Shown here one piece after another: positions 1-10,721 of a stretch of 38,008 bases of DNA. Where the stretch lies: contig NW_021835236.1 in assembly GCF_006345805.1 (NCBI RefSeq), positions 1 to 38,008 of the forward strand, written 5' to 3'. Position 1 is the stretch's first letter. Each line of letters starts with the position of its first letter. The DNA is from Octopus sinensis. Lineage: Eukaryota. The position numbers and the translations under genes are program-made. Below the pieces are notes generated by a model. That model was given only the letters and a program-made list of their open reading frames with translations, was not told the DNA's origin and ran no database searches.

Positions 1-138
1 ACTTCATTTCACGTTGCTCCAGTTCACTCAGCAGGTAAAAAGGAGTAACGCTGCGATGGACTGGCGTCCCGTCCAGCTGGGGAACACATACGCCATAGAA
101 ACCGGGCCCATGAGCCTGGCTAGTCTTTAAAAGGGCGC
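1..138 (+). mobile_element. 3' part of a CORE/Meta-like SINE (family E), cut by the window edge
   Basis: Contains TTGCTCCAGTTCACTCAGC..AAAAGGAGTA and GCGATGGACTGGCGTCCCGTCCAG, motifs I recognise from the central and 3' regions of metazoan tRNA-derived SINEs. The head lies outside the window. Confidence 0.55.
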
Positions 139-396
139 ATTTATTTTTTATAAAAGAAAATCAATGTCTCGTGTTTGTTGGAGATTTCTTCATTAGAGTG
201 TAGAGTAGAATGTCCTACCCCAAACGTAAGCTTTTTCTTCCTTATGGTAATTCAGTGACGAATGTGGGAGTTGCGACCCTTATTCTTCTGCGCGGAATTG
301 TCATGAATAGTAATAATAACTTATCTTTATGATTGAAATTTTTAATTTATTATGCATTATATTTTGATGCGTTCCATTCAGTATCTTTTAACTGTT

Positions 397-690
397 ATCT
401 TTTATTTGTTCCTCGTTTATATCATTTGATTGCGACCATGCTGGGGCACTGCCATGAAAGGCTTTGAAAGGATGAATCAATCCCAGTAATTATTTTTTAA
501 AAGTCTGGTACTTATTCTACTGGTCTCTTTTTTGCGGATCACTAAGTTTTAAAGACAAAATGAAACCAACACCGGTTGTCAAGTGACGGGGGTACAAACA
601 CAAAGATACACACGCACATACACACTCGCGCACACACACACATACACACACACACACACACCACACACACACACATATATATATATATAT

Positions 691-722
<32 letters not shown>

Positions 723-1169
723 AGAGAGGACGAGAGATGTGTGTAGTTTTTCTCTTGTTAACAATTAACACGAAAAAATAGATAAATAGTTACAAGGGTA
801 GCAAAAAATCACACAAGTAAAAAGGGTGTAACTCCTTGTTTTTAAAGGTAGAAACTTCGGGTTTACGTGATATATATATAAATATATATATATATGCACA
901 TACATACATACATACGTACATACATACATACATACATACATACATACATACATACATACATACATACATACATACATACATACATAAGTATATATATATA
1001 TATTTATACACACACACACGCACAACGAGCTTCTTTCAATTTCCGTTTATCAAGTCCATTCGCAAGGCTTTGTTAGCCCGGAGCTATGGTAGAATACACT
1101 TGCTCGAATTGTTACACAGTGGAGCAGAAGCTGAAACCGTGTGGTTGGGAAGCTACGTCGCCACATGCG
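397..1169 (-). mobile_element. tRNA-derived SINE family A, split by an expanded internal microsatellite and an insert
   Basis: 397-620 is the reverse complement of the family A 3' half (compare 15950-16155). 1024-1169 is the reverse complement of the head (compare 15743-15905). (CA)n, (TA)n, (GA)n, (ATAC)n and an unrelated ~150 bp segment lie between them. Confidence 0.8.
897..987. repeat. (ATAC)n microsatellite
   Basis: Near-perfect tetranucleotide array. Confidence 0.95.
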
Positions 1170-1387
1170 TTTAACCATTTGTACTTGTCACTTTGTTACT
1201 GTTCTTCATATCGCAACCAGTCTTCATATTTTACTACTTTACATTGTTATAATCCTGGTAACGGTATTGATAAAACATGGCTACAGTTGACTCTGCATTG
1301 ATTGTAGGACGATGAATCTCGACGAAAGATTTCGTCTCAGCATTCTAAACTTCATCAACTTCTGCTTCTTTCATTGATAAACAATAA

Positions 1388-1680
1388 TCTCTCTATATAT
1401 AAAACTGAGAATGTGTGTCTGTCCTGTCTGTCTGTCTCTGTCTGTCTATCTGTCTGTGTGTTTCCCTAAAACTTGAGAACTACACAACCAATTTCATTCA
1501 TATTTTACACATGCCTTACTTAGGGTCCAGGGAGTGTCATCGGCAAAAAAATGTTCAACTTCTTGCCTAGAGCGAGCCCATAGCAATATCATATCTTCTC
1601 CACTATTTCAGTATTACGTGTTAAAAGTGAAACAAAAACATTTCTCTATTTTATGTCAGATACTTTCACTTTAATAATAA
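1388..1680 (+). mobile_element. Probable non-autonomous Helitron/HINE-like element, 5' end
   Basis: Starts A|TCTCTCTATATATAAAA, followed by a (CTGT)n tract and AACTACACAACCAATTTCATTCATATTTTACAC, the usual layout of Lep1/DINE-1-like rolling-circle elements. The 3' end is not securely located. Confidence 0.5.
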
Positions 1681-1944
1681 AAATAATAATAACAATTGAA
1701 TTATATGTAGTAAGTAATAATTAAAATCAAACTAAAGTATAACATAATCGTAACATAACAAAAGTAAAAAGAGCAATTGGTATAAAATTGCATCAATGAC
1801 TTGAACTTGAATAAGTGGTTTCACATGAATGGGAATAAATTAAAAATAAAATTAGCGTGCAGAAATGGAATAGTCCAGATGAATAATAAAAAATTAAATT
1901 TAAAGAAAAGACTTTTGTCTATAAAGTATACAATGTAGAGAAAA

Positions 1945-2275
1945 AAGAGGACTTTAAACACCTCGAGGAAAGCAATGTCGAAAAGTGTCTTGGTGCGACT
2001 ATGAAAGATATCTAACCAGAGGCGGTAAATTCGCCACAATAGAAGCAAGGTTCGAGTCAACGGAGCGTGCAAGGGAGTACTCGACTCGAACTTGCAAAGT
2101 GGAAATATTTTATTTTTACCTTTATATCTGGGACGTAGGACGTGCCGGATAAAAATTAAAAATGTCCCCCCACCAGAAGTTGAGGTAGGCTGGATTGTAG
2201 CCACACTTCTGTACAAGAGGAAGGACAAGATACAATTGATCGAAATCGCAAGAGACGAGCTTACAATTCCAGTCA
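1945..2275 (+). pseudogene. Frameshifted remnant, possibly LINE ORF1 (Tx1/L1-type)
   Basis: Joining frames gives DYERYLTRGGKFATIEARFESTERAREYST/LQSGNILFLPLYLGRRTCRIKIKNVPPPEVEVGWIVATLLYKRK. The RIKIKNVPP segment resembles ORF1 RRM-type motifs. No search was run. Confidence 0.35.
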
Positions 2276-3564
2276 GTTATATATTTTGAGTATTGTTATC
2301 ACTAGCGATATCAAGATATAACTTTGTATTTTATGTGTAGATGTATATATATAGATGTACATGCAACGACGGGTCATAATGCTAGTTCCTAATAATCTTG
2401 AAAATGTGTATGGTGAAAGCACGATAAGATCAGCCAATCTCTCAAAATGTAGTCCGTCACTTGACGTTAGAAAAATGACTGTGCATCGAGGCATTGGAAT
2501 CAAGTACAGTGTTCAAAAGCAGTTGGCGGTATATTAATTTACCAGTCATATTCCTTTTAAATTCACGCGAGAAATTCGCTTGACCTACCTTCAAAAGACA
2601 CTCGAAGACATGTGTGTGCGCGCGTGAAGATGATCTTTTTGTTGTTGCGGTTGTACTTTATACAATGTTGCGATCCTTTATACAATGGCTATACTATGGC
2701 TATAGATATAGAAAAATATTAAATAAACATTCCGTTTAAGTTTCCTACGTTTGCGGCACCAACATAAAAAAATACGGCATTTCACATAAGACAACCAAGA
2801 TGCCCACTCTAAACTATATCTTCAGAAATTCATGTGCCTGCCCAGTATACCAGGCATGCACGGTTCAGTTGTCTATGAAGTTGGGGTCGCTTCCGTTTCG
2901 CTAAATAATGAAACTGAAAGGAAAAAATACTGAACTGTACAAAATTGACTTCACAAAGACATACGCCAGTCATTACTCTTCTTTCAAGCATATAGACAGT
3001 AAGAAAAAGCACGAAGGTATCGACCAAATCTGAAATCTAGCGGACAGCAATATACGGCACATCCTCAAGTCGAATATCGTAAAAAGACACATGCCATACA
3101 TTAGCGGAACAAAAAATATTCACGCTCTGTATATCTGAGAGAACATATACACTATTGGATCGAAGAACTGCATTGACTTTCCAAATTCGAGGTCAGAAAT
3201 TTTTACAACATTTATACACCTCGACAACTTTCTGCTATCGAACTGGAAGACGCTCAGCTTACTGAATTCGACACACAGTTTACGAATTTTAGCTTTTTCC
3301 TCCTTCCGCTATTCACACCAGATACATTTTTTGTAGATATAAATACTCACCATTAAACATGTTTCACTGAATGGACTAAAGGGATGTAACCTAGATTCCA
3401 TGGATGGAATTATTACTCTTTCCCTTAAAACAATTTTAACGTTTTCCTCGTAAATTTTTCTCGTTTTTCTTCTAGCGTTTCTTCTCAGAATAGCCATATT
3501 ATTTAACCTGTAGGATTACCGGGTTATGAACGGTACGCTCTAAAGACCCGTAGGATTACTGCTC

Positions 3565-3663
3565 TATCCGAAAATAGAAGTAGCTCATGTGTAACTTTAT
3601 CCGAACATAGAAGCAGCTTATGTGTAACTTTATCCGAACATAGAAGCAGCTTATGTGTAACTT
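3565..3663. repeat. 33-bp minisatellite, 3 copies
   Basis: Unit ATCCGAACATAGAAGCAGCTTATGTGTAACTTT starts at 3566, 3599 and 3632. Confidence 0.95.
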
Positions 3664-4115
3664 ATGTATTCATTAAATATTTAACTCCTGTTGGTTGTGT
3701 AATTTTTACTGGTTATATAAGAGAACAGTGCATTAAATATCGGGACAAACAGACAGACAGACAGAGGTACGTATATGTACATGTGAGTGCTATTCAGGAT
3801 CTTCAGTTTTTAAACAAGGGTAAGGCAAGGCGGCACGCTGCTTCCTGTATTATTTAACAGATATTGTACGCATATCTGAGACATGTTAGCCTGGCATGAT
3901 CTTGTAAGACTAGTTACACCATAGCATGATCTCGTTCCATCCAGATATTTACAGGTTTCGTTTCCCACTGATAACGCACGTATTTATCATCTGATGTTAT
4001 GCGCAATAATAAGGTTTAAACATTATTACTTGTGTGTGTGTGTATGTGTCTGTAATCTTGTATACCTGTCTGTTACAGTACGTTCAGTCGTGTGCTTTAT
4101 GAAAACAAGGTGTGG

Positions 4116-4263
4116 CTTTGTAGTAAAGAGCTTGCTTCCCGCCCAATGGTTTTGGGTTCATTCCCACTACGTAGCATCTTGGCTAAGTGTCTTCTACTAT
4201 AGACTGAGGTCGACCAAAGCCTTGTGAATAGATTTGGCTCACGTAAACTGAAAGAATCCCGTC

Positions 4264-4300
<37 letters not shown>

Positions 4301-4631
4301 CATACACACACACACACACACACACAACACACACCACACATATATAATATATATATATATATAATATATATAATACAAAATGGGACAAGAACGCAAAACA
4401 TCCGGACAACTACGTGATACAAAAAGGGACAACAAGACATCCAGATAGACGATACAAAGAAAACAAGGACGAGTCATTCGAGGTTTTCTATCTTCAGTCA
4501 AGAACCAGAATAATCAGCCGAAATTGCGAGGATAATCTGGTTCTTGACTGAAGTTAGAAAACTTCGAATGACTCGTCCTTATTTTCTTGTATCGTCTATA
4601 TGGATGATTGCGTTCTTGTCCCATTTTCTAT

Positions 4632-4663
<32 letters not shown>

Positions 4664-4925
4664 ATATATATATATGCATATATATATGTATATATGTTCA
4701 TATATTTATGTGTGTGTCTATGTAGCTGTGCTTGTTTAACCCCACCCACCTACCATCGCTTGACAATCGACGTTGGTGTGTTTACGTCCCTGTAATATAG
4801 CGGTTCGGCAAAACAGACCGATAGAATTAGTACTAGGCTAACAAATGTTAAGTCCTGGAGCCAATTTCTGCTACTAAAAAACCCAGCTTGGCCGTAGTCA
4901 AATGACTGAAACAAATAAAAGAATA
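4116..4925 (+). mobile_element. SINE family A with a palindromic insertion in its internal microsatellite
   Basis: Head 4116-4265 and 3' half 4690-4925 both match the copy at 15743-16155. Confidence 0.85.
4372..4632. repeat. ~260-bp imperfect palindrome (fold-back element)
   Basis: 4438-4509 pairs with 4536-4606, and 4372-4396 pairs with 4608-4632. The spacer is 26 nt. Confidence 0.9.
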
Positions 4926-5071
4926 CATTCGATTAATGGGGGTGTATATAGCATTAACTGTTTGCTATAAATAACGCAGCTGAACGCACCGTAATACACA
5001 GGTATACAAAATCACTAAAAGTGGATTATAAAATAAAATCTTAGATTAGAATACGTACTGGATACGTATTT

Positions 5072-5145
5072 CAATAAGGCGCTCCCGATTGTGGTACTCC
5101 AGTACGGCCGTAGTCTAATTACTGAAATTAGTAAAATGATAACCA
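5072..5145 (+). mobile_element. SINE family A, 3' tail remnant
   Basis: GTACTCCAGTACGGCCGTAGTCTAATTACTGAAATTAGTAAAATGATAA matches the family A tail. Confidence 0.6.
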
Positions 5146-5821
5146 ATTCTGGATAGCCTCGTTCTTCACCACCATATTGGGTACAAAGGAAAATGAACAA
5201 TAAAACACAAATGTACGATTTTTACAAACAAGAACACATGTTCCCTAGGACTACGAATGAAACAAACCACAGTTACCACCTCCGCTCCCAGCACAACAAA
5301 TCACTACAATAATACTAACTACAACGACATGAGAATCTATATATGCGTTCATAAACACCACACTTCATAGAAGTTTTATTACCACAAAATCCAAATGAAA
5401 AGACAGATGTTCGGAAAATTGTAAGGTGTGTTTTCTGAGCAGAGCTCATGAATTCGTTAATAAATTTCACTCTTTAACCCCAAAATTCCCACCGCATTCA
5501 TATCACATTAATTTATTTTATACTCAATCAACTCTGCTCAAATATACAACAACAATACACATCCTACGGTTTGGCTACTCTATCCCGTAACACAGAAATG
5601 GGAGGTGGTTTTTGTATATTAATATATATATATATATATATAATATATATATATATATAATATATATATATAGTGACTGGTATGTGGGTTGCTTAAATTA
5701 ATTCTTAGAGCTCCTTTTAAAATAATTTTACTGCACCAAATAACCCCACTACGAAGTGGCCTAACTAGGTAGTTAATAGCGTTTACCTATCTGTCCGTCT
5801 GTCTATCTGCCACCCTTTCTA

Positions 5822-5833
5822 CATATGTATGTA

Positions 5834-5897
<64 letters not shown>

Positions 5898-5950
5898 GAA
5901 AGAAACAAAGAAAGAAAGAAAGGGAGAGAGAGAGAGAAGAGCGAGAGAAA
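5822..5950. repeat. (GT)n/(GA)n/GAAA compound microsatellite
   Basis: Direct reading. Confidence 0.9.
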
Positions 5951-6184
5951 ACCTTTTGTAGTGTTGATGATGTTTTTGATTTGTGAACCTGACTTTAAAT
6001 CTATTACAAGTCTTTCTCTGTCTTTCTCAACAAGTAACATAAATCGTCCATTTTAAGATACACCTATCTGTGTAGCTGACAGTTAATAAATATTGTGGGA
6101 AAGGTCACGGATACCAGTGATCACAAAAAGGATTTGCGTAAACTGCTTCTATCGCCCGCATTAGTGCGTGGGATAAATAAATAT

Positions 6185-6526
6185 TTATACACACACATAT
6201 ACACGCACATACACACACATGCGCACGCACGCACACACACACACACACACATATATATACCTATATATACATGTGTTTGCGTTTAAATATATGTATATGT
6301 ATATCTGTCTTTATTTGTGTGGGTGTATATATATATATATATATATATAATAATATATATATATATAAGTGTATGTATGTGTGCGTGCATATATGTATAT
6401 ATATGTATATATATACATTATATGCGCATATATATACATACAGATTCATGTGCAGGTATACATAATTATGTGTGCATTTCTCACCACATTTACATAGTAC
6501 ATATGTATGTATATTAGAGGCACATA

Positions 6527-6611
<85 letters not shown>

Positions 6612-6760
6612 TACACATGTAAGTCTGCATATAAGCACACACACATATATATGTATATATGTATATTTTTGCGCACACATATATACACCTACATACAGAC
6701 ACACACACATATATATATATATAATACATGCACACATTACAACAAATGTAATATGTATGG
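6185..6760. repeat. Long (TA)n/(CA)n/(TG)n low-complexity tract
   Basis: Direct reading. It accounts for the overlapping YIYI/HTHT ORFs. Confidence 0.9.
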
Positions 6761-6943
6761 GTGTATAACTTTGCTTGTTCTTGTTTTTTGTTTTCCAAAT
6801 ATGAAGCATTCGAAATGTTCAAGAAACTTATCTGCTTTGATACAAATTCCTCTGCCTTTTGCATGCATCATATGTAGATTAAGTATGAATTTCTGCATAT
6901 ATTTTGGCACATTTTTATCAACCTGACAGTGCGTGTATTTAAT

Positions 6944-7143
6944 ATTCTTTTCTACTCTAGGCACAAGGCCCGAAATTTTGGAGGAGAAGGCTAGTCGATT
7001 AGATCGACTCCAGTACGCAACTGGTACTTAATTAATCGAATCCGGAAGGATGAAAGGCGAAGTCGACCTCGACAGAATTTGAGCTCAGAATGTAAAGACA
7101 AACGAAATACCGCTAAGCATTTCACTGACGTGCTAACGTTTCT
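6944..7143 (-). mobile_element. tRNA-derived SINE family B, copy 1
   Basis: The minus strand reads AGAAACGTTAGCACG..CTGAGCTCAAATTC (B-box-like)..CCTTTCATCC..AAGTACCAG..CCTTGTGCCTAGAGTAGAAAAGAAT. Confidence 0.85.
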
Positions 7144-7325
7144 TATTTCTTTCTTGCCCACAAGGGACTAAACTTAGGGGGGTGGGCAAACAAGGACAGA
7201 CAGGGATTAAGTCGATTACATCGACCCAAATGCATAACTGGTACTTAATTTATCGACCCTGAGAGGATGAAAGGCAAAGTCGACCTCGGCGGAATTTGAA
7301 CTGAAAACGTAACGATAGATGAAAG
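7144..7325 (-). mobile_element. SINE family B, copy 2 (fused in tandem to copy 1)
   Basis: Same body, alternative tail CCCTTGTGGGCAAGAAAGAAATA. Confidence 0.85.
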
Positions 7326-7340
7326 TGTGTATACATTTAA

Positions 7341-7538
7341 GGCGGCTAGTTGACAGGTTCTTTAGCACGCCGTACAAAATGTTTAGTGGCATTTCGTCCG
7401 TCTTTGCGTTCTGAGTTCAAATTTCGCCGAGGTCGCTTTTGACTTTATCCTTTCGGGGACAATAAAATAACCAGTTGAGCATTGGGGTCGAATTACCCAC
7501 TCGAACTTACTGGCCCTGTGCCAAAATTTAGAACCAAT
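7341..7538 (+). mobile_element. SINE family B, copy 3
   Basis: GGCGGCTAGTTGACAGG..TTAGCACGCCG..GAGTTCAAATTTCGCCGAGGTCG..ATCCTTTCGGGG. Confidence 0.85.
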
Positions 7539-7574
7539 ATTAATTATATCTCTTTCAGGAACTTTAGACAATCT

Positions 7575-7579
7575 CTGAA

Positions 7580-7613
<34 letters not shown>

Positions 7614-7700
7614 CTCTCCTCCCCCTCCCTCTCTCTCTCTCTCCTCTCGCTCGCTCGGTCTCTCTCTTTCTCTTTCGCTCTCTCTCTGTCTCACGTTCTC
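7575..7700. repeat. (CT)n polypyrimidine microsatellite
   Basis: Direct reading. Confidence 0.9.
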
Positions 7701-7849
7701 GCTCATTTCCTCACACGCACATTGTCACAGTCCCTCACTCAATGTGACTGCGAGTGCATGTGTGTATCTACGTTTGTACACTTGTACACACATACACACA
7801 CACATATGTCTGTGTGCGTGTGTGTGTGTGTGTATGTAAATATATATAC

Positions 7850-8025
7850 TAGTGCGGCACGACCCAGAAGGTCGATCGAGTCAACTCTTCTCAATTTTTG
7901 AAGTCTGGTACATATTCCGTGGAACTGAACTGCTAGGTGACTGGAACTTAAACACAACACCGGTTAACAAGCGATGGGCCAGGAGAACAGGAAAGACAAA
8001 CACAAACACAAGGGCACAAACATAG
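7850..8025 (-). mobile_element. SINE family A, degenerate 3' half
   Basis: AAGTCTGGTACATATTCC..CAACACCGGTTAACAAGCGATGG..GACAAACACAAACACA matches the minus-strand family A 3' half. Confidence 0.65.
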
Positions 8026-8044
8026 GTAGATATATATATATGTA

Positions 8045-10290
8045 TTTTTTCTATTTCTTCTTCCCGTCTGTCTTGATAGACAATGGGTCGCGCCAAGGGT
8101 GGGGCCTACTTTGATGATGAGCAGCGTCTGCTGTGACTGAACAGTCCAATCTAGAGTGGCAGTCTCTGGTACAGTTGCTGCACACGAACATCGATGGGTA
8201 CGTGTGGGGTGTTGCTGCAGTTGTCCTCCTCCTGTCCCGCCTGTCCGACCACAGCTGTGCTCTCCTTTCCTCAGCCATGGAAACGCCTTTCCTCACTGTC
8301 CGACGCCAGGCAGAGCGGTCAGCAGCTGTTACCTCCCACGTGTCCACACAGATGTTGGCAGTCCTCAGGTCGCGCTTGCACACATCCCTGTATCGTAGCT
8401 GTGGACGTCCCTTGGTCGGGATCCCGTGGTGAGTTCGCTGTACAGGATGTCTTTAGGCATGCGACCGTCCTGCATGCGGCAGACGTGTCCGAGCCAGCGC
8501 AGTCGTCTCCGCACGAGGAGGGCATGCATGCTTGGCATATTAGTTTGTTCTAGGATGACTCCGTTTGGTACTCGATCCTTCCGGAGATGCCAAAGGATCC
8601 GTCGAAGACAACCGCATGTGGAAGCCGCTGAGGCGGCATTCTTGCCGGGTGTATGTTGTCCAGCTCTCGCTGCCGTAGAGTAGGGTGCTCAGCACGCAGG
8701 CTCGGTACACTGCAATCTTGGTGGTTATTGTGAGCATGTTGTTTTTCCCACACTCTCCTGGAGAGCTTAGCCATGACACAGCAGCCTTCCCAATCCGTCT
8801 GTTCAGCTCCGCTCGAGGGACAGGCTGCTGGAGACCGTCGATCCCAGGTAAGTGAACTCGTTCACCACCTGCAAGCTGTGGTCGCCGACACTGGATGCTG
8901 GGGACCCCTCCGACGTTCTGGCCCATGATCTCTGTCTTTTTCATGCCGATGGTAAGGCCGAACTCTTGGCAGGCATCCGCCAGGGAGCTGACCAGCCTCT
9001 GGAGACCCGGCTGGTTGTGTGATGTTAGGGCGGCATCGTCAGCAAAGAGAATCTCTCTGATCAGCACCTGACGGACTTTGGTCTTAGCTCTGAGGCGCGC
9101 AAAATTGAACAATCCACCCCATCAGCCCTGGTGTGGAGGAACACTCCGTCGTCGGACGTTCTGAAGGCATAGGACAGGACAATGGAGAAGAAAATTCCGA
9201 AGAGCGTCGGCGCCAGAACGCAACCCTGTTTCACTCCACTCTGGATGGGGAACGACTCTGAGGGCGATCCGTCAAACTGCACTGTTCCCTGCATACCGTC
9301 GTGAAAGGAGGTGATGAGTTTCAGCAGTCTGGGAGGGCAACCTATCCTACCCAGGAGCGCAAACAGCCCCTCCCTGCTGACTGAGTCAAACACCTTAGCC
9401 AGGTCGATGAAGGCCACGTATAGGGGCTGTCTCTGTTCTCGACTCTTTTCTTGAAGCTGCCTGAGTGAGAAGATCATGTCGATTGTGTAGACCTCTCTGC
9501 CCTAAAGCCAACTGAGACTCGGGGTACACACGCTCTGCAAGCATTTGCAACCTCTTCAGGACCACCCTGGCCAAATGCCTTACCGACAGTGCGAGCAGTG
9601 ATATGCCCCTGTAATTTACAGTCGCTTCTGTCCCCTTTGTTTTTATACAGTGTGATGATGTTTGCGTCACGCATATCCTTAGGGACAGAGCCCTCCTCCC
9701 AGCACTGACAGAACAGCTCGTGGAGATGGCCCAAAAGGGCTGGCTTCCCGCACTGGATGACTTCTGCGGGGATGCCGTCTTGCCCTGGTGCTTTGCCCCG
9801 AGCGAGTGAGTCAATTTCTTTGCTCAGTTCTTCCTTTGTTGGAGGCAGGTCAAGCTCCTCCATGACAGGCAGAGCAGGAATGCCGGCGAGGGCAGACCTG
9901 GTGACCACATTCTCAGTGGAGTAGAGGTTCTGGTAATGCTCGACCCACCTCTCCATCTGCTTCGCTTGGTCCTTGATGAACTCGCCATCCCTGGACTTCA
10001 GTGGAGCAACTTTGCTGACAGTGGGCCCGAATGCTTTCTTCATCCCCTCGTACATTCCTTTCACGTTACCACTGTCAGCACAGCACTGGATGTTCTGGCA
10101 TAAGTTCTGCCAGTAGATGTTGGCGCAACGTCTGGCCGTCCTCTGGGCGTCGCTTCTGGCTGTTCTCAGAGTAGCCAGGTTCTTTTCTGATGGGTCGCGC
10201 TAATAGTTGACCAGTGCTTCCCTCTTGGCAGCAATGACAGGCTCCATCTCAGGCAGGTGAGCTTCAAACCAGTCTTGATTTCTCTCAAGA
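8045..10290 (-). mobile_element. RTE/BovB-type LINE, 5'-truncated: RT domain, C-terminal Zn finger and 3' tail
   Basis: Track ORFs give KAPGQDGIPAE, IITLYKNKGDRSDC, YRGISLL, FIDLAKVFDSV, GVKQGCVLAPTLF, LFADDAAL, LLYGSESW and FVCSNCTRDCHSR. The tail reads CCATTGTCTATCAAGACAGACGGGAAGAAG. There is one in-frame TAG at 10200-10202 and several small frameshifts. Candidate TSD ATATATGTA at 8036-8044 and 10290-10298. Confidence 0.95.
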
Positions 10291-10324
10291 TATATGTATA
10301 TATATATATATATATATATAATAA

Positions 10325-10533
10325 TGTGACCTCGTGTGTATCGTTGGCGATTTTTTTTCCTCTGTCTTCCCTTCTCTGGATCTTTCCTTCTCCTATGTTT
10401 CCGACGAAGAGCTCCGCTCGAAACGTTAAACCCTCCTTCTTTCCTTCTTTCCTGAGCGTCCAATAATACTATATTTGTTCCACGTCCTCACGTTGTTGTG
10501 CTTTTTTTTGTGCTTTATTGTTTGGATTAACTT
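10325..10533 (+). mobile_element. Probable Penelope-like element terminal repeat (pLTR) fragment
   Basis: Pyrimidine-rich ~200 bp unit embedded in (TA)n that carries a minimal hammerhead motif, as described for PLE termini. Confidence 0.6.
10397..10431 (+). ncRNA. Minimal type I hammerhead ribozyme motif (U4C variant with an extra A after A9)
   Basis: GTTT-CCGACGA-A-GAGC-TCC-GCTC-GAAAC-GTT-AAAC. Stem I is GTTT/AAAC, stem II is GAGC/GCTC, and stem III is the loopless palindrome ACGT. Confidence 0.65.
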
Positions 10534-10659
10534 TATATATATACATACATACATACATACATATTTTTATAAATAAGGATAAGAACGTTATTTAAAATAA
10601 CGATCATATCAAGTGGCCAAAGTGGGGAGAAAAACCTTATAGGTAATAATTTTATATAT

Positions 10660-10691
<32 letters not shown>

Positions 10692-10721
10692 TATATATAT
10701 ATATATTATATTTATATATAT

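Noticed and set aside
3565-3663. CRISPR-like array
   Set aside because: The repeats are contiguous with no spacers, and the DNA is eukaryotic.
4465-4500. CTGAAGA..GAAT in the palindrome arm, as a ribozyme
   Set aside because: GAAA is absent and the flanks are not complementary.
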